A stretch of 64,000 nucleotides of DNA from an uncultured cyanobacterium (GCA_963697335.1 CAVONQ010000018.1:416001-480000); one strand, 5' to 3'. Positions 35,679 to 47,714 are shown, counted from the first letter of the stretch. The notes: generated from the sequence alone by a model not told the origin. A program made the numbers and translations.

Positions 35679-36776
35679 TCAGGCGCTCACCCGGGCGGCG
35701 AGGGCATCGAGGCGGCGGTTCTGGTCGGCGGTGATGCAGGCCCCGATCAGGTCCTGGAGCTGGCCATTGAGAATGGGCTCGAGCGCGAAGTTGCGCCCCA
35801 GGCGGTGATCCGTGGTGCGGTTGTCCTTGTAGTTGTAGGTACGGATTTTTTCGCTGCGGTCGCCGCTGCCCACCTGGGCCAGCCGGTCGGAGCGCTCCCT
35901 GGCGTTGGCCTCGGCGAGCTGGCGCTCGTAGAGCTTGGCCCTCAGGATCTCCATGGCCCGCTCCCGGTTCTGCAGCTGGGAGCGCTCCTGGGTGCAGAAC
36001 ACGCGGATACCGGTGGGGCGGTGGATCAGGTCCACGGCCGTTTCCACCTTGTTGACGTTCTGACCGCCGGCCCCGCCGGAGCGGGCGGTGCTGATCTCCA
36101 CGTCGCCGGGCTCGATCTGCACCTCAACCGGATCGGCCTCCGGCATCACGGCAACCGTGGCCGTGGAGGTGTGCACCCTCCCCTGGGATTCCGTGGCCGG
36201 TACCCGCTGCACCCGGTGCACGCCCGCCTCGAATTTCAGCTGGCTGAACACGCCCTCGCCCCGGATCGCCAGGATCAGCTCCTTGTAGCCCCCCAGCTCC
36301 GCCTCCGAAGCCGACACCGGATCCACCCGCCAACCCAGGCTCTGGGCATAGCGCTCGTACATCCGGGCCAGGTCGCCGGCCCAGATGGCGGCCTCGTCGC
36401 CGCCGGCCCCGGCCCGCACCTCCAGCATCACGCTGCGCTCATCGCGGGGATCCCGGGGCAGCAAAGCCACGGTGAGGGTCTGTTCCAGGGCGGCAATGGC
36501 CGTGCCGAGCTGCTGCAACTCCTCAATGGCCAGCTGCTCCATCGCAGCGTCACCACGGTGGTCGCGCAGCAGCTGGCGGGCCTCGGCTTCTTCCTGTTTC
36601 AGCCTCTGGAGCCGCTCGTGATCGCGCACCAAGGGTTCCAGGTGGGAGCGCTCGCGGGCGATCGCCTGAAGCTGGACGGGGTTCGAGGCCACCGCCGGAT
36701 CTGCCAGTTGCCGCTCCAGGGTCTCGAAGGTGGCCCTGGCGGCCCTGAGGCGATCATCGAGGAGGGAGGGGTCCAT
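35679..36776 (-). CDS. prfA: Peptide chain release factor 1
   Basis: QRVPAT (PxT motif), [17 protein letters not shown]. Confidence 0.98.
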   Translation of the reverse strand: MDPSLLDDRLRAARATFETLERQLADPAVASNPVQLQAIARERSHLEPLVRDHERLQRLKQEEAEARQLLRDHRGDAAMEQLAIEELQQLGTAIAALEQTLTVALLPRDPRDERSVMLEVRAGAGGDEAAIWAGDLARMYERYAQSLGWRVDPVSASEAELGGYKELILAIRGEGVFSQLKFEAGVHRVQRVPATESQGRVHTSTATVAVMPEADPVEVQIEPGDVEISTARSGGAGGQNVNKVETAVDLIHRPTGIRVFCTQERSQLQNRERAMEILRAKLYERQLAEANARERSDRLAQVGSGDRSEKIRTYNYKDNRTTDHRLGRNFALEPILNGQLQDLIGACITADQNRRLDALAARVSA

Positions 36777-36850
36777 GGGCCAGCGGTTCCGGAGCTGTCA
36801 GTGGGGCCGCTCCGGGCTGGAGCCCTGCGGGGAGCACGGCTCCGTCGGGC

Positions 36851-37126
36851 TCAGGCTTCGCTGGTGTCGGCTTCGGGCTTCACCTCTGGCTCAGCCTTGA
36901 TCCCCGCACTGCTGTCGAGGCTGGCCATGCCGTACTTGCGCATGAAGCGGTCCACCCGGCCCTCGGTGTCGAGGATCTTCTGGGTTCCGGTGTAGAAGGG
37001 GTGGTTGCCGCTCCACACGTCCACATGGAGCTCGGGAGAGGTGGAGCCGGTGGTCATCACCACCTCTCCGTTGCAGATCACCTTGGCATCGGGGTACCAG
37101 GTGGGATGAATGTCGGCCTTGGGCAT
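36851..37126 (-). CDS. rpmE: 50S ribosomal protein L31
   Basis: MPKADIHPTW..DVWSGNHPFYTG..GRVDRF. Confidence 0.97.
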   Translation of the reverse strand: MPKADIHPTWYPDAKVICNGEVVMTTGSTSPELHVDVWSGNHPFYTGTQKILDTEGRVDRFMRKYGMASLDSSAGIKAEPEVKPEADTSEA

Positions 37127-37175
37127 GGCTGGAAGAGTCTGGAGAAAATCGAAGATGGTGCTTCGAGATCGAAGA

Positions 37176-37577
37176 TCAGCGCTTCGAGAACTGGGGCGCT
37201 TTACGGGCTTTCTTGAGGCCGTACTTGCGGCGTTCCTTGGCCCGGGGATCTCGGCTGAGGTGACCCTCCGTCTTGAGGGGCTTGCGGTTGTCCGGCGACA
37301 GCTCGCACAGGGCCCGGGCAGCACCCTGCTTGATGGCATCGGCCTGACCGGTGAGGCCACCGCCGCGCACGTTCACCAGCAGGTCGTAGTCGGTGGCGAG
37401 CCCCAGGGTGTTGAGGGGGGCTTTGACCGCCGCCAGGTAGACGGGGTTGTAATTCAGGTAGTTGTCGCCGGGACGCCCGTTGATCGTGACGCTGCCGCTG
37501 CCGGGCACCACACGGACACGGGCCACGGCGGTCTTGCGGCGACCGGTGCCCCAGTAAACGACGTTGGAGGTGCTCAT
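37176..37577 (-). CDS. rpsI: 30S ribosomal protein S9
   Basis: [23 protein letters not shown]. Confidence 0.99.
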   Translation of the reverse strand: MSTSNVVYWGTGRRKTAVARVRVVPGSGSVTINGRPGDNYLNYNPVYLAAVKAPLNTLGLATDYDLLVNVRGGGLTGQADAIKQGAARALCELSPDNRKPLKTEGHLSRDPRAKERRKYGLKKARKAPQFSKR

Positions 37578-38026
37578 TGGGCGGCGGCGGCAGGATCGAG
37601 GGCGAGGGGCTGGGGCTTCTGGGCGGTGTGGGGATGCTCGGTGCCCTTGTAGACCTTCAGCTTGCGGAACAGCTGACGGCCGAGGGCGTTGTGGGGAAGC
37701 ATGCCTTTGACCGCCTTCTCCACGATGCGCTCGGGAAGGCGGGCCTGGAGGTGGGCGAAGGTTTCGGTCTTCATGCCACCGGGACGCCCGGAGTGGCGGC
37801 GATAGAGCTTCTGGCTGGCCTTGTTGCCGCTCACGCGCACCTTGTCGGCGTTGATGATGATGACGAAGTCGCCGGCATCAAGGTGAGGGGTGTAGCAGGG
37901 CTTGTTCTTGCCGCGCAGCACCGAGGCAACCTCGCTGGCCAGGCGACCGAGGGTCTGATTCTCAGCATCGACCACGAACCACTGGCGGTCGAGGGAATCA
38001 ACGGAGGGCAGGGGAGTCTTGTTCAT
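37574..38026 (-). CDS. rplM: 50S ribosomal protein L13
   Basis: [24 protein letters not shown]. Confidence 0.99.
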   Translation of the reverse strand: MNKTPLPSVDSLDRQWFVVDAENQTLGRLASEVASVLRGKNKPCYTPHLDAGDFVIIINADKVRVSGNKASQKLYRRHSGRPGGMKTETFAHLQARLPERIVEKAVKGMLPHNALGRQLFRKLKVYKGTEHPHTAQKPQPLALDPAAAAQ

Positions 38027-38104
38027 ATCGCCTGGTCAGGCACCGGCAGGCCGTAGAGGGCTGGGCAGGTAGGTGGTCGCGGTGGCAGGTGGAAACCAAG
38101 CCGT

Positions 38105-39058
38105 TCAAACGACCATACCGCTTGGCCGCGGCGGGCCCTGCGGATCGACGGATAGGCCAGCTGAAACCCCCGGGGAATCGGTGGTGTCGAGCTGATACCG
38201 CGGTTGGCAATCATACCAGGCTGCTCTGGGGAAGACGGGCTCGGGGTAACCCACCCGCAGCAGGCACAGCCCGTGGGGTGGGGCGGCCTCCTTGACCGCC
38301 TGGCGCTGGCGCAGCCTCCAGCGCTGCTCAAAGGCGGCCGGGCTCAGCCGCCCCTCCCCCACCGCCACCAGCTGCCCCAGCACGAGCCGCACCATGCCGT
38401 AGAGGAAGCCGCTGGCCTGCAGTTCCACCGTCAGCAGATCGCCCCGGCGCTCCAGGGCCACCTCTTGGATGGTGGTGCGGGCGTGGAGGCGCCGGCTGCC
38501 GGCCTTCTGGAAGGCCGTGAAGTCATGGTCGCCAAGCAAGCCCTGCAGCGCTGCGTCCATCCTGCGCTCATCGAGCCGGCACTGGTAGCGATGCCAGCTC
38601 CAGGGGGCCAGGAAGAGGTTGGGGGCCCGGCCGTTGAAGAGGGTGTAGCGGTAGCGGCGGTAGGTGGCCGAGAAGCAGGCATGCCAGTCGGCGGGCACCC
38701 TGGACGCGCCCCTGACGCGGATCGTGGCGGGCAGCCGGCCGTTCAGGGCCCGGGCCCAGCGCTCAGCCGGGATCGGCCCGTGGCTGTCGAAATGCACCAC
38801 CTGGGCGGCGGCGTGCACGCCGGTGTCGGTGCGGCCGGCGGCCCAGGTGCGGGGGCTCGAGGAAGGGTGGGCTGCCGCTTCCGGGAGGGGATCCAGGCCC
38901 GCGATGGCCCTGTCCACGGTCTCCTGCACGCTCGTTGCATTGAGCTGGCGCTGCCAGCCGTGGAACGCCCCGCCGTCGTACTGCAGGCAGAGGGCGATCC
39001 GCTGCCCAGCTGCAGCGTTCAGGGCCGGGCCGCTCTGGGGGTTGGGAGGGCGGTCCAT
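38105..39058 (-). CDS. truA: tRNA pseudouridine(38-40) synthase
   Basis: [39 protein letters not shown]. Confidence 0.96.
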   Translation of the reverse strand: MDRPPNPQSGPALNAAAGQRIALCLQYDGGAFHGWQRQLNATSVQETVDRAIAGLDPLPEAAAHPSSSPRTWAAGRTDTGVHAAAQVVHFDSHGPIPAERWARALNGRLPATIRVRGASRVPADWHACFSATYRRYRYTLFNGRAPNLFLAPWSWHRYQCRLDERRMDAALQGLLGDHDFTAFQKAGSRRLHARTTIQEVALERRGDLLTVELQASGFLYGMVRLVLGQLVAVGEGRLSPAAFEQRWRLRQRQAVKEAAPPHGLCLLRVGYPEPVFPRAAWYDCQPRYQLDTTDSPGVSAGLSVDPQGPPRPSGMVV

Positions 39059-39060
39059 GC

Positions 39061-39090
39061 AAAAAGCCGCCGTGGGGTCACCACCGCGGC
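39061..39090 (-). terminator. Intrinsic terminator after rplQ
   Basis: Minus strand GCCGCGGTGG-TGACC-CCACGGCGGC-TTTTT (one mismatch). Confidence 0.7.
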
Positions 39091-39133
39091 CGGGAGAGGC
39101 GGCGCCAACAGCGTCGGCTGGACTGCTGGCGGC

Positions 39134-39484
39134 TCAGACCAGCTCGATGATCGCCATTTCGGCATTGTCGCCGCGGCGGGGAACGGTGCGGAAGATCCGG
39201 GTGTAGCCGCCATTGCGGTCGCCGTAGCGCTCTTGCGCCTTCTCGAACAGGGCGTGGACGAGCTGCTTGTCGTAGATGTAGCCCATGGCCCGGCGACGGG
39301 CTGCCAGGGTTCCAGCCTTGGCCAGGGTGATCATCCGCTCAGTCTCATCGCGCAGCGCCTTGGCGCGGGCCTTGGTGGTGGTGACCCGTCCTTCGCGGAT
39401 CAGCTGGGTGGCCAGTCCGCGCAGCATCGCTTTGCGTTGGTCAGCGGGGCGTCCCAACATGGGGACTCGGCATTGGTGACGCAT
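39134..39484 (-). CDS. rplQ: 50S ribosomal protein L17
   Basis: [28 protein letters not shown]. Confidence 0.99.
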   Translation of the reverse strand: MRHQCRVPMLGRPADQRKAMLRGLATQLIREGRVTTTKARAKALRDETERMITLAKAGTLAARRRAMGYIYDKQLVHALFEKAQERYGDRNGGYTRIFRTVPRRGDNAEMAIIELV

Positions 39485-39521
39485 CGTTCGTGGGCTCGTG
39501 GGAAGGGTTTTGCGCTGCCGT

Positions 39522-40460
39522 TCAGGCGCTGGTACGGCTCTGGGGCAGGGTGATGCCGATGCGCTCCAGGGCTTCGATCACCTCATCAGCAGACTTGGAG
39601 CCGAAGTTCTTGATCTCCAGCAGGTCTTCGTAGCTGAAGCCCATCAGGTCGGACACGGAGTTGACCTGGGCACGCTTCAGGCAGTTGTAGGCCCGCACCG
39701 AGAGGTTGAGCTCCTCGAGCGGAATCTGGGCTTCGGCGGAAGGTTCGGGTTCGTGGCCAGGTTCCTCAACCACGCTCAGGGTGGCCAGGGGCTGGAACAG
39801 GGCGATCAGCTGGTTGGCCGCCTGGGCCATGGCGTCGTCGGGGGTGACGCTGCCGTCGGTCTCGATTTCAAGCCGCAGCCGCTCGCGGGCTGAGCCGCCC
39901 TCGCCGACCGCCGTCTCATCGACGGTGTAGTTGACCCGGTTGACCGGCTTGAACACAGCATCGATCTGCAGCAGATCGATGGCGCTGGTGTCCTCGTTAT
40001 GGCGATCCACCGGGCGGTAGCCGACCCCCCGTTCCACATGCACCTCCATCTCGAGGCTGAAGCCGTCGGCCACGGTGGCGATCAGGCGGTCTGGATCGAT
40101 CACCTGCACCTGGGAGGAGAACTGCAGGTCGGCAGCCGTCACGGTGCTGGGACCGTTGACCACCAGTCGACCGATCTCCAGGTCGCGGCTGCGGCTGTTC
40201 ACCGCCACCTGCTTGCAGTTCAGCAGGATGTCGAGCACGTCTTCGCGCACGCCGGGCACGGTGGCGTATTCGTGGTTGACGCCTGAGATGCGCACGGCCG
40301 TGATCGCGCTGCCCTCCAGGCCGCCGATCAGCACCCGCCGCAGGGCATTGCCCAGCGTGGTGGCCTGGCCGCGGTCCAGGGGGCCGATCAGGAAGACACC
40401 GGTCTGAGCCCGGTCGTCGGAGACCTGATGCTCGATCCGGTCGATTTGGTAGTGCAGCAC
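39522..40460 (-). CDS. rpoA: RNA polymerase subunit alpha
   Basis: [36 protein letters not shown] start at 40460. Confidence 0.98.
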   Translation of the reverse strand: MLHYQIDRIEHQVSDDRAQTGVFLIGPLDRGQATTLGNALRRVLIGGLEGSAITAVRISGVNHEYATVPGVREDVLDILLNCKQVAVNSRSRDLEIGRLVVNGPSTVTAADLQFSSQVQVIDPDRLIATVADGFSLEMEVHVERGVGYRPVDRHNEDTSAIDLLQIDAVFKPVNRVNYTVDETAVGEGGSARERLRLEIETDGSVTPDDAMAQAANQLIALFQPLATLSVVEEPGHEPEPSAEAQIPLEELNLSVRAYNCLKRAQVNSVSDLMGFSYEDLLEIKNFGSKSADEVIEALERIGITLPQSRTSA

Positions 40461-40518
40461 GGTCTGAACAGTCGGAAGGTTGGGCGGAGGCTCCCCAGGG
40501 AGGGGACGGGGCGACGAA

Positions 40519-40911
40519 TCAGACGCGGCGGCGCTTGGCACGCCGGCAGCCGTTGTGGGGAAGGGGGGTCACGTCGCGGATCAGGGTGATCTCCAGGCCT
40601 GCCACCTGCAGGGCGCGGATGGCGGTCTCCCGGCCGGAGCCAGGACCGCGCACCAGCACCTCGATCTGGCGCATGCCCTGCTCCAGGGCACGGCGCGCAG
40701 CGGCTTCGGCGGCGGTCTGGGCGGCGAAGGGGGTGCCTTTGCGAGCACCTTTGAAGCCGCTGGCACCGGCAGAACTCCAGGAGATCACCTCACCGGCGGT
40801 GTCGGAGATCGACACGATGGTGTTGTTGAAGGTGCTCTGAATGTGGGCAACGCCGTTGGGCACGTTGCGCTTGGCCTTCTTAGGGCCCGTTTTCTTGGCT
40901 GGCTTTGCCAT
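40519..40911 (-). CDS. rpsK: 30S ribosomal protein S11
   Basis: [29 protein letters not shown]. Confidence 0.99.
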   Translation of the reverse strand: MAKPAKKTGPKKAKRNVPNGVAHIQSTFNNTIVSISDTAGEVISWSSAGASGFKGARKGTPFAAQTAAEAAARRALEQGMRQIEVLVRGPGSGRETAIRALQVAGLEITLIRDVTPLPHNGCRRAKRRRV

Positions 40912-41039
40912 GGTGGAGAGGCCTGCAGCAGCAGGAGGTGATCGGGGAACGGGGGCAGACCCTGGTGACGCCTGAGCGGTGAAGACCTCCCGACGGGATG
41001 GCGGGGAGACCACGAGGCTCTCGTAAGAGGGCTCGGGAC

Positions 41040-41082
41040 GGTGCTCGGCGGCAGGGCCTGGGTGCTCGGACGGCAGGGCCTG
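41040..41082 (+). repeat. Near-perfect tandem duplication (21/22 bp) in the rpsM-rpsK spacer
   Basis: GGTGCTCGG-CGGCAGGGCCTG followed by GGTGCTCGGACGGCAGGGCCTG. Confidence 0.85.
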
Positions 41083-41103
41083 AAACAGGCGGGCTGGACG
41101 GGC

Positions 41104-41469
41104 TTACTTCTTCTTGCCGGCCACGGTCTTGCGGGCACCCCGGCGGGTGCGGGCATTGGTGCGGGTGCGCTGGCCGCGGACCGGCAGACCCATGCGGTGG
41201 CGACGCCCCCGCAGGCAGCCGATGTCCTGCAGGCGCTTGAGGGCCATGCCCTCCTGCCGGCGCAGGTCGCCTTCGAGGGTGAAGGTCTCGGCGGCCCCGC
41301 GCAGTTTCTGCACATCGGCATCGCTGAGATCCTTGACCCGGATATCCGGGCTTACGCCGGTCTTGGCGAGAATCTTCTGGGCACGGGTGAGCCCGATGCC
41401 ATACACATAGGTGAGAGCGATCTCAACCCGCTTGTCGCGAGGGATATCGACGCCGGCAATCCGAGCCAC
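41104..41469 (-). CDS. rpsM: 30S ribosomal protein S13
   Basis: [25 protein letters not shown]. Confidence 0.99.
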   Translation of the reverse strand: MARIAGVDIPRDKRVEIALTYVYGIGLTRAQKILAKTGVSPDIRVKDLSDADVQKLRGAAETFTLEGDLRRQEGMALKRLQDIGCLRGRRHRMGLPVRGQRTRTNARTRRGARKTVAGKKK

Positions 41470-41595
41470 GTGGGAAACGATTCAAGGGTCAGAGGTACCT
41501 GCTTGGGGCAGGTGCCCCCGGGGAGGCCCAGGGGAGGCCCGCTGCTGAGGCGGGCGTGGTGCAGCGGCCCCGGCTGGGGCCATGCCCGGGCTGGA

Positions 41596-41709
41596 TCAGC
41601 CCTGGCGCTGCTTGTGCTTGGGATTGGTGCAGATCACCATCACCCGGCCGTGGCGACGAATCACCCGGCACTTGTCGCACATCTTCTTGACTGAGGCACG
41701 CACCTTCAT
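41596..41709 (-). CDS. rpmJ: 50S ribosomal protein L36 (not in the ORF track)
   Basis: Manual translation [37 protein letters not shown]. Confidence 0.98.
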   Translation of the reverse strand: MKVRASVKKMCDKCRVIRRHGRVMVICTNPKHKQRQG

Positions 41710-41789
41710 GGGAGTTGTGCTCTCCGATTTTGCAAACCGCCACCGTATCACAGTGGTCAACCTCCCGAAGCCGATGCTCCGGGCAAAGC

Positions 41790-42350
41790 TCAGTCCAGGA
41801 GGGCGGTGATCCTGGCGGCAATGGCCTCAACGGTGCCACTGGCATCGACGCCCCGGAGCAAGCCCTTTTCTTCGTAGTAACGGATCAGGGGAGCCGTCTG
41901 CTCCCGGTAGACCTCCAGGCGATGGCGGATCACCTCCTCGTTGTCATCGGCGCGCCCGCGGCTGAGCAGTCGCTGCAGCAGCACGTCGTCCTCAAGCTCC
42001 AGCAACACCACGAGTTCGATCTGCTGGCCGAGCTCCTTGAGCAGGGTCTGCAGGGCTTCAGCCTGGGCCAGGTTGCGGGGAAAGCCGTCCAGGAGCCAGC
42101 CGGCGCCCCCCTCCTCCGCCTGGCGTTCCAGACGGCTGCGCACGATCGCCAGCACGAGGGCATCGCTCACCAGTTCGCCGCGGGCCATCACCGCCTCGGC
42201 CTGCTGGCCAAGGGCAGTGGCGGCCTTCACCTCCCCCCGCAGCAGGTCTCCTGTGGAGAGGTGGAGCAGCTGGCGGCCGCTGGCCAGCTGCTCGGCCTGG
42301 GTGCCCTTGCCGGCGCCGGGGGGGCCCAGGAACAGGAGTCGTTGCTTCAT
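41790..42350 (-). CDS. adk: Adenylate kinase (short LID)
   Basis: [32 protein letters not shown]. Confidence 0.97.
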   Translation of the reverse strand: MKQRLLFLGPPGAGKGTQAEQLASGRQLLHLSTGDLLRGEVKAATALGQQAEAVMARGELVSDALVLAIVRSRLERQAEEGGAGWLLDGFPRNLAQAEALQTLLKELGQQIELVVLLELEDDVLLQRLLSRGRADDNEEVIRHRLEVYREQTAPLIRYYEEKGLLRGVDASGTVEAIAARITALLD

Positions 42351-42400
42351 GGCAGAACGGTGGGGAGGAAGGTCGGGAACTCGGGGGGCTGGGGCAGGTC

Positions 42401-43720
42401 CTACTGACGCACCATCCCTTCGTAGCGTTGGGAAATCACGTAGGTCTGCACCTGCTTGGCGGTGTCGATGGCCACGCCCACCAGGATCAGCAGGGAGGTG
42501 GCGCCCAGCCCCTGGAAGGTGCGCACCTGGGTGGCGCCCTCCACGGCCGAGGGAATGATCGCCACGGCCCCGAGGAACAGGGCCCCGAGCAGGGTGAGCC
42601 GGTTCTGCACACCGCCGAGGTAGGTGGCAGTGGCCGAGCCTGGCCGCACCCCCGGCACGGCGACGCCGCCACGCTTCAGGTTGCTGGCGATGTCCACCGG
42701 GTTGACTGTGAGCGAGGCATAGAAGAACGAGAAGCCCACGATCAGCCCGAAGAACACCAGGGCGTAGAGCCAGGGGGTGCTGCTGTTCGGGTTGAGCGAG
42801 CCGGCCAGTTGGATCAGCCAGGGGCTGCGGGTGAGGTTGGCGATGGTGAGGGGCAGGAACACCACGGCGGAGGCGAAAATGATCGGCATCACCCCACCCG
42901 CATTCAGCTTCAGGGGCAGGTAGCTCTGGCGCGCCGCCAGCAGGTTGGTGCCACCCACCTGGCGCTTGGCGCTCACGATCGGGATGCGCCTGTTGCCTTC
43001 CTGCACGAAGATGATCCCCACGATCGTGAGCAGGAACACCACCACCAGCACCACGATGCCGCCCACGGTGCTGCGGTCGCCGCTCTGGGCCAGCTCGATG
43101 GTGGAGCCCAGGGCCCTCGGCAGGGTGGCCACGATGTTCACGAAGATCACCAGGGAGGCCCCCTGCCCAATACCCCGTTCGGTGATCACCTCGCTGATCC
43201 ACATCACGATCATCGAACCGGTTACCAGGGCCAGGGCGGTCTGGATCACGAACACCGGTTCCGACAGCCCTTCGGTGGCGTACTGGCGCAGGATCAGCGC
43301 GAAGACCGTGCTCTGGAGAATGCCCCAGCCCAGGGCCACGTACCGGGTGATCTGGGCAATCTTGCGCCGCCCGGCCTCCCCCTCGTTCTTCTGCAGGTCT
43401 TCGAGCTGGGGCAAGGCTGCCGTGAGCAGCTGAATGATGATCGAGGCGTTGATGAAGGGCAGGATGCCCAGGGCGAAGATGCCCAGGGTGGAGAGCCCCC
43501 CTCCCGTGAAGATGTCGAGGAAGCCGATCAGTTGGCCGCCCTGGGCCAGAAACTCCTGAAAGGCCACCCGGTCGATGCCGGGCACGGGGATGTAGATCCC
43601 AAGCCGCACCAGCAGCAGCAGGCCCAGGGTGGTGAGCACCCTGTCGCGCAGGCCTTTGGACTGGATCAGCTGGGTGAGGATCTCACCGGCGCTGGGGTTG
43701 CGTCCCCGACTGAGAAGCAT
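42401..43720 (-). CDS. secY: Preprotein translocase SecY
   Basis: IFALGILPFINASII; GIGQGASL; GVMPIIFA; PGVRPG; TSLLILVGV. Confidence 0.99.
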   Translation of the reverse strand: MLLSRGRNPSAGEILTQLIQSKGLRDRVLTTLGLLLLVRLGIYIPVPGIDRVAFQEFLAQGGQLIGFLDIFTGGGLSTLGIFALGILPFINASIIIQLLTAALPQLEDLQKNEGEAGRRKIAQITRYVALGWGILQSTVFALILRQYATEGLSEPVFVIQTALALVTGSMIVMWISEVITERGIGQGASLVIFVNIVATLPRALGSTIELAQSGDRSTVGGIVVLVVVFLLTIVGIIFVQEGNRRIPIVSAKRQVGGTNLLAARQSYLPLKLNAGGVMPIIFASAVVFLPLTIANLTRSPWLIQLAGSLNPNSSTPWLYALVFFGLIVGFSFFYASLTVNPVDIASNLKRGGVAVPGVRPGSATATYLGGVQNRLTLLGALFLGAVAIIPSAVEGATQVRTFQGLGATSLLILVGVAIDTAKQVQTYVISQRYEGMVRQ

Positions 43721-43782
43721 GGTGGTTGGCTCGAAAAGGGGCAGGGCGGCCTGGGCAAGCCAGGGGTCAGAGGGTCATCATC

Positions 43783-43815
43783 AAAAAGCCGTCCACCGCA
43801 TTCCGGTGGACGGCT
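43783..43815 (-). terminator. Terminator-like hairpin between rplO and secY
   Basis: Minus strand AGCCGTCCACCG-GAATG-CGGTGGACGGCT-TTTT; perfect 12-bp stem. Confidence 0.75.
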
Positions 43816-43869
43816 CAGACCCTAGGGCGGAGGCATGGGCGGCCCGTGGGCCGCTGCCGGGTCGGGCGC

Positions 43870-44319
43870 TCAGATGATCTCGCAACTGCCACCGGCGGCC
43901 TCGATCTTGGCGCGGGCGCTGGCGGTGAAGGCGGAGGCCTGAACCGTGAGCTTCACGGCAAGATCACCGCTGCCGAGCACCTTCAGCGGGTGCTTGGGGC
44001 TGGTGACGATGCCGGCCTTGACCAGGGTGTCGAGGTTCACCGTGCTGCCGGCCGCGCAGTCGGCAAGACGGCCCACGTTGAGCACTGTGAATTCCTTGCG
44101 GTTGATCAGCTCAAAGTGCTTGAGCTTGGGCACCCGCCGGTAGAGGGGCATCTGGCCGCCCTCGAAGCCGGGGCGGGTGGGTCGGCCAGAGCGGGATTTC
44201 TGGCCCCTCATGCCGAAGCCGCAGCTGGCGCCCTGGCCGGCGGCGATCCCCCGACCCTTGCGCAGCTTGCGGCGCCGAGCGCCGGGGTTGGACTTGAGGG
44301 ATTGGAGAGTGATGCTCAT
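43870..44319 (-). CDS. rplO: 50S ribosomal protein L15
   Basis: [24 protein letters not shown]. Confidence 0.98.
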   Translation of the reverse strand: MSITLQSLKSNPGARRRKLRKGRGIAAGQGASCGFGMRGQKSRSGRPTRPGFEGGQMPLYRRVPKLKHFELINRKEFTVLNVGRLADCAAGSTVNLDTLVKAGIVTSPKHPLKVLGSGDLAVKLTVQASAFTASARAKIEAAGGSCEII

Positions 44320-44329
44320 CGGAAGGGCC

Positions 44330-44989
44330 TCAGGAGTAGATCTGCTCAAGGGAGATGCCCCGCTCCTTGGCGGTCTCCTTGTGGGTGCGGAGGCCCGAGA
44401 GGGCTTCCATGGCGGCGCGGGCGTTGTTGAGCGGCGTCTTGGAGCCGAGGCGCTTGGCCAGCACGTTCTTGATGCCGGCCAGCTCCAGCACGGTGCGAAT
44501 CGAACCGCCGGCGATCACCCCGGTGCCTGGAGCGGCGGGCCGGATCAGCACACTGGCGGCGCCATCCCGGCCGTTGCTGAGGGTGGGAATCGAGTTGGAG
44601 CGGGTGAGGGGCACCTTCACCAGGTGCTTCTTGCCATCGGCCACGCCCTTGCGCACGGCACCGATCACGTCGCCGGCCTTGCCGACGCCGACGCCCACCT
44701 GGCCCTTTTCGTTGCCCACCACGACGATGGCCCGGAAGCTCATCTTCTTGCCGCCCTTGACGGTCTTGGAGACGCGGCGGATCTGCACCACCCGCTCCTG
44801 CCATTCGGAGTCGCGCTCCTGGCCGCGACGGTTGTCGCGCCCCCGGCCACCGCCGCGGCGGTCACCGCGGCCATCGCCCCGGCCGCCACCGCCGCCGCGG
44901 CGCTCCTGCTGGCCCTCGGCTGCCGCAGGAACCCCGGCTGCTGCGGGCACGGCACCGGTGGATTGAACTTGGTCGTTGGTTTCGGTCAT
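44330..44989 (-). CDS. rpsE: 30S ribosomal protein S5
   Basis: [26 protein letters not shown]. Confidence 0.99.
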   Translation of the reverse strand: MTETNDQVQSTGAVPAAAGVPAAAEGQQERRGGGGGRGDGRGDRRGGGRGRDNRRGQERDSEWQERVVQIRRVSKTVKGGKKMSFRAIVVVGNEKGQVGVGVGKAGDVIGAVRKGVADGKKHLVKVPLTRSNSIPTLSNGRDGAASVLIRPAAPGTGVIAGGSIRTVLELAGIKNVLAKRLGSKTPLNNARAAMEALSGLRTHKETAKERGISLEQIYS

Positions 44990-45003
44990 GGTGAAAGTCG
45001 GGA

Positions 45004-45369
45004 TCAGAACTGAAGGCCCGCTTCCCGGGCGGCGTCAGCCAGGGCCTTGACCCGGCCGTGGTACAGGTTGCCGCCGCGATCGAAGACCACCTGGGAGATG
45101 CCCTTGGCCAGGGCGCGCTTGGCCACGAGCTGACCCACCGCGACGGAGGCATCGCAGGTGGCGGCCGTGGTCACGCTGGGGCGAAGCTCCTTGTCCACCG
45201 TGGAGGCGGAGCAGAGGGTGCTCTGGGCCCCGTCGTCGATGACCTGGGCGTAGATGTGGTTGTTGGAGCGGAACACGGCCAGGCGCGGACGCTCGGCGGT
45301 GCCGTTGAGCTGGCGACGCAGACGGCGATGGCGCTTCTGGGTCTGTTGTTTGCGGGAGAGGGATGACAT
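45004..45369 (-). CDS. rplR: 50S ribosomal protein L18
   Basis: [28 protein letters not shown]. Confidence 0.99.
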   Translation of the reverse strand: MSSLSRKQQTQKRHRRLRRQLNGTAERPRLAVFRSNNHIYAQVIDDGAQSTLCSASTVDKELRPSVTTAATCDASVAVGQLVAKRALAKGISQVVFDRGGNLYHGRVKALADAAREAGLQF

Positions 45370-45401
45370 GGCAATACAGAGTAACGACGCTCAGGCAGAC
45401 C

Positions 45402-45941
45402 TCATTTCTTACCGGTCTTTCCGGCCTTGCGCAGGATGCGCTCGCCCGCGTACTTGATGCCCTTGCCCTTGTAGGGCTCGGGAGGACGAATGGCGCGGAC
45501 CTTGGCGGCTTCGTTGCCCACCAGCTCCTTGTTGGCACCTGACACCACCACGGTGGTGGTGCCCTCGACCGCGAAGGAGACCCCGTCGGGGGGCACCATC
45601 TCGACCTGGTGGCTGTAGCCGGCGGAAACCACCAGCTTCTTGCCCTGGAGGGCGGCGCGGTAACCCACGCCGACGATCTCGAGCTTGCGGCTGAACCCCT
45701 GGCTCACCCCTTCCACCATGTTGGCCACCAGGGTGCGGCAGAGGCCGTGGCGCTCGCGGCAGCGGCGGCTCACCCCGGTGGGGCTCACCATAATGAGGCC
45801 GCCGTCCTGGCTGATCGACACCCCCTCGGGCAGGGTGCGGTTGAGTTCCCCCTTGGGGCCCTTCACGGTCACGTCAAGACCATGGAGGGTGACGGTGACC
45901 TTGTCGGGCACGGGGATGGGCGCTTTACCAATACGTGACAT
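45402..45941 (-). CDS. rplF: 50S ribosomal protein L6
   Basis: [20 protein letters not shown]. Confidence 0.99.
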   Translation of the reverse strand: MSRIGKAPIPVPDKVTVTLHGLDVTVKGPKGELNRTLPEGVSISQDGGLIMVSPTGVSRRCRERHGLCRTLVANMVEGVSQGFSRKLEIVGVGYRAALQGKKLVVSAGYSHQVEMVPPDGVSFAVEGTTTVVVSGANKELVGNEAAKVRAIRPPEPYKGKGIKYAGERILRKAGKTGKK

Positions 45942-45957
45942 GAGTCGATCTCCCTGA

Positions 45958-46359
45958 TCAGTAGACGTAGCAGAGCACTTCGCCACCAACGCCCTGCTTG
46001 CGGGCGTCACGGTCGCTCATCACTCCCTTGGAGGTGGAGATGATGGCCACACCGAGGCCGCCCAGCACCTTGGGCAGCTGACGATTGTTCTTGTAGATGC
46101 GAAGGCCAGGCTTGCTGACCCGCTGGACGGAGCGGATGGTGGGCTGGCGGTGCTTACCGCTGTACTTGAGTTCCACCACGATGTGGCGCAACACCCCTTC
46201 GCCTTCCTCGCTGATGGCAGCGATGAAGCCTTCCTGCTGCAGCACATTGGCGATGCTGCGGATCAGGCGGGAAGCCGGGATCTTGGTGGTCTCGTGACGC
46301 TTCTCACTCGCATTGCGGATGCGGGTGAGCATGTCGGAAATGGGGTCGTGATTGGCCAT
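45958..46359 (-). CDS. rpsH: 30S ribosomal protein S8
   Basis: [28 protein letters not shown]. Confidence 0.99.
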   Translation of the reverse strand: MANHDPISDMLTRIRNASEKRHETTKIPASRLIRSIANVLQQEGFIAAISEEGEGVLRHIVVELKYSGKHRQPTIRSVQRVSKPGLRIYKNNRQLPKVLGGLGVAIISTSKGVMSDRDARKQGVGGEVLCYVY

Positions 46360-46379
46360 GGGTCAGGTCCGAAGAGGGC

Positions 46380-46919
46380 TCAGTTGCTGCGGAACGGCAT
46401 TCCCATCTCGCGGAGGAGGGCCCGGCCCTCTTCGTCGTTACGGGCGCTGGTCACGATCGTCACGTCCATGCCACGGATCGCGTCGATCTTCTCGAACGAG
46501 ATTTCAGGGAAAATGATCTGCTCACGAATCCCCAGGGTGTAGTTGCCCCGGCCGTCGAAGCTCTTCGGGCTTACACCGCGGAAGTCGCGGATGCGGGGCA
46601 AGGCCAGGTTGATCAGGCGCTCCAGGAAGGCATACATCCGCTCGCCCCGCAGGGTGACGGCGACGCCGATCGGCATGCCCTGGCGAATCTTGAAGCCGGC
46701 GATCGCCTTCTTGGCCCGGGTCACCACCACTTTCTGGCCAGTGATGGTGGCCAGTTCCGTGATCGAGGCCTCGAGGGCCTTGGCGTTCTGGGCAGCTTCA
46801 CCCAGGCCCCGGTTGAGGGTGACCTTCACCACCTTCGGGACTTCGTGGACATTGGAGAGATTCAGATCCTTGAGGAGCTTGGGTTGAATCGTCTCCCGGT
46901 AGCGCTGTTTGAGGGACAT
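46380..46919 (-). CDS. rplE: 50S ribosomal protein L5
   Basis: [32 protein letters not shown]. Confidence 0.99.
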   Translation of the reverse strand: MSLKQRYRETIQPKLLKDLNLSNVHEVPKVVKVTLNRGLGEAAQNAKALEASITELATITGQKVVVTRAKKAIAGFKIRQGMPIGVAVTLRGERMYAFLERLINLALPRIRDFRGVSPKSFDGRGNYTLGIREQIIFPEISFEKIDAIRGMDVTIVTSARNDEEGRALLREMGMPFRSN

Positions 46920-46989
46920 GACGGGGGAAGAGGTTGCGCTTCTGGGCTGGGTCAGAAGGCGGAGGGAACACGGGAGCAGGGCTGGCGGG

Positions 46990-47346
46990 TCAGTCGAGAA
47001 GCTCGCCTGTTTTCTTGAGGCGGCGCTTCTTGGTGCCGTCTTTGTCCACCACGATTTCAACGCGGCTGGCCACGTTCTGGCTGGTGGAATACAGCATCAC
47101 GTTGGAGGCGTGCAGCGAGGCTTCCTCCGTGACGATGCGGCCGGTTTCGCCCTCCTGGGTGGGCTTGACATGGCGGGTGCGCAGGTTGATTCCCTGAACT
47201 ACCACGCGGTTGTCGTAGGGCAGGGTGCGCAGAACCTCTCCGGTTTTGCCCTTGTCCTTGCCGCTGATGACCTGCACGGTGTCGCCCTTCTTGAGGCGCA
47301 TCTTGATGCGCTCGGCGGGCTTGGATTTTGGCGTTGCGGTGGCCAT
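46990..47346 (-). CDS. rplX: 50S ribosomal protein L24
   Basis: [21 protein letters not shown]. Confidence 0.99.
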   Translation of the reverse strand: MATATPKSKPAERIKMRLKKGDTVQVISGKDKGKTGEVLRTLPYDNRVVVQGINLRTRHVKPTQEGETGRIVTEEASLHASNVMLYSTSQNVASRVEIVVDKDGTKKRRLKKTGELLD

Positions 47347-47348
47347 GG

Positions 47349-47714
47349 TCAGATCACCTCTGGGGCGAGGGACACAATCTTGGTGAAGTTGCGTTCACGC
47401 AGTTCCCGGGCCACGGGGCCGAACACCCGTGTGCCCTTCGGGTTGTTCTCGTTGCCGAGGATCACAGCGGCGTTGTCATCGAAGCGGATGGCATTGCCGG
47501 TGTCGCGGCGCAGGGTGGCCTTGGTGCGCACCACCACGGCCTTGACCACATCCGATTTCTTCACGCCCATGTTGGGCATGGCGTCCTTGACGGCGGCCAC
47601 AATCACGTCGCCGACGTGGGCGTAGCGACGGTTGGTGCCCAACACGCGAATGCACTGAATGCGTTTGGCGCCGCTGTTGTCAGCGACATTGAGAAACGTC
47701 TCTTGTTGAATCAT
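47349..47714 (-). CDS. rplN: 50S ribosomal protein L14
   Basis: [29 protein letters not shown]. Confidence 0.99.
   Translation of the reverse strand: MIQQETFLNVADNSGAKRIQCIRVLGTNRRYAHVGDVIVAAVKDAMPNMGVKKSDVVKAVVVRTKATLRRDTGNAIRFDDNAAVILGNENNPKGTRVFGPVARELRERNFTKIVSLAPEVI

Noticed and set aside
41790..43202. 470-aa adk ORF overlapping secY (fusion or frameshift)
   Set aside because: secY ends normally at 42401 and Adk homology starts at ATG 42350; the extension is an off-frame read of secY.
41710..46380. Missing infA, rpmD and rpsN (and rpsD in the alpha operon) as deletions
   Set aside because: Consistent with the usual picocyanobacterial layout, where these genes are elsewhere or absent; no remnants seen.
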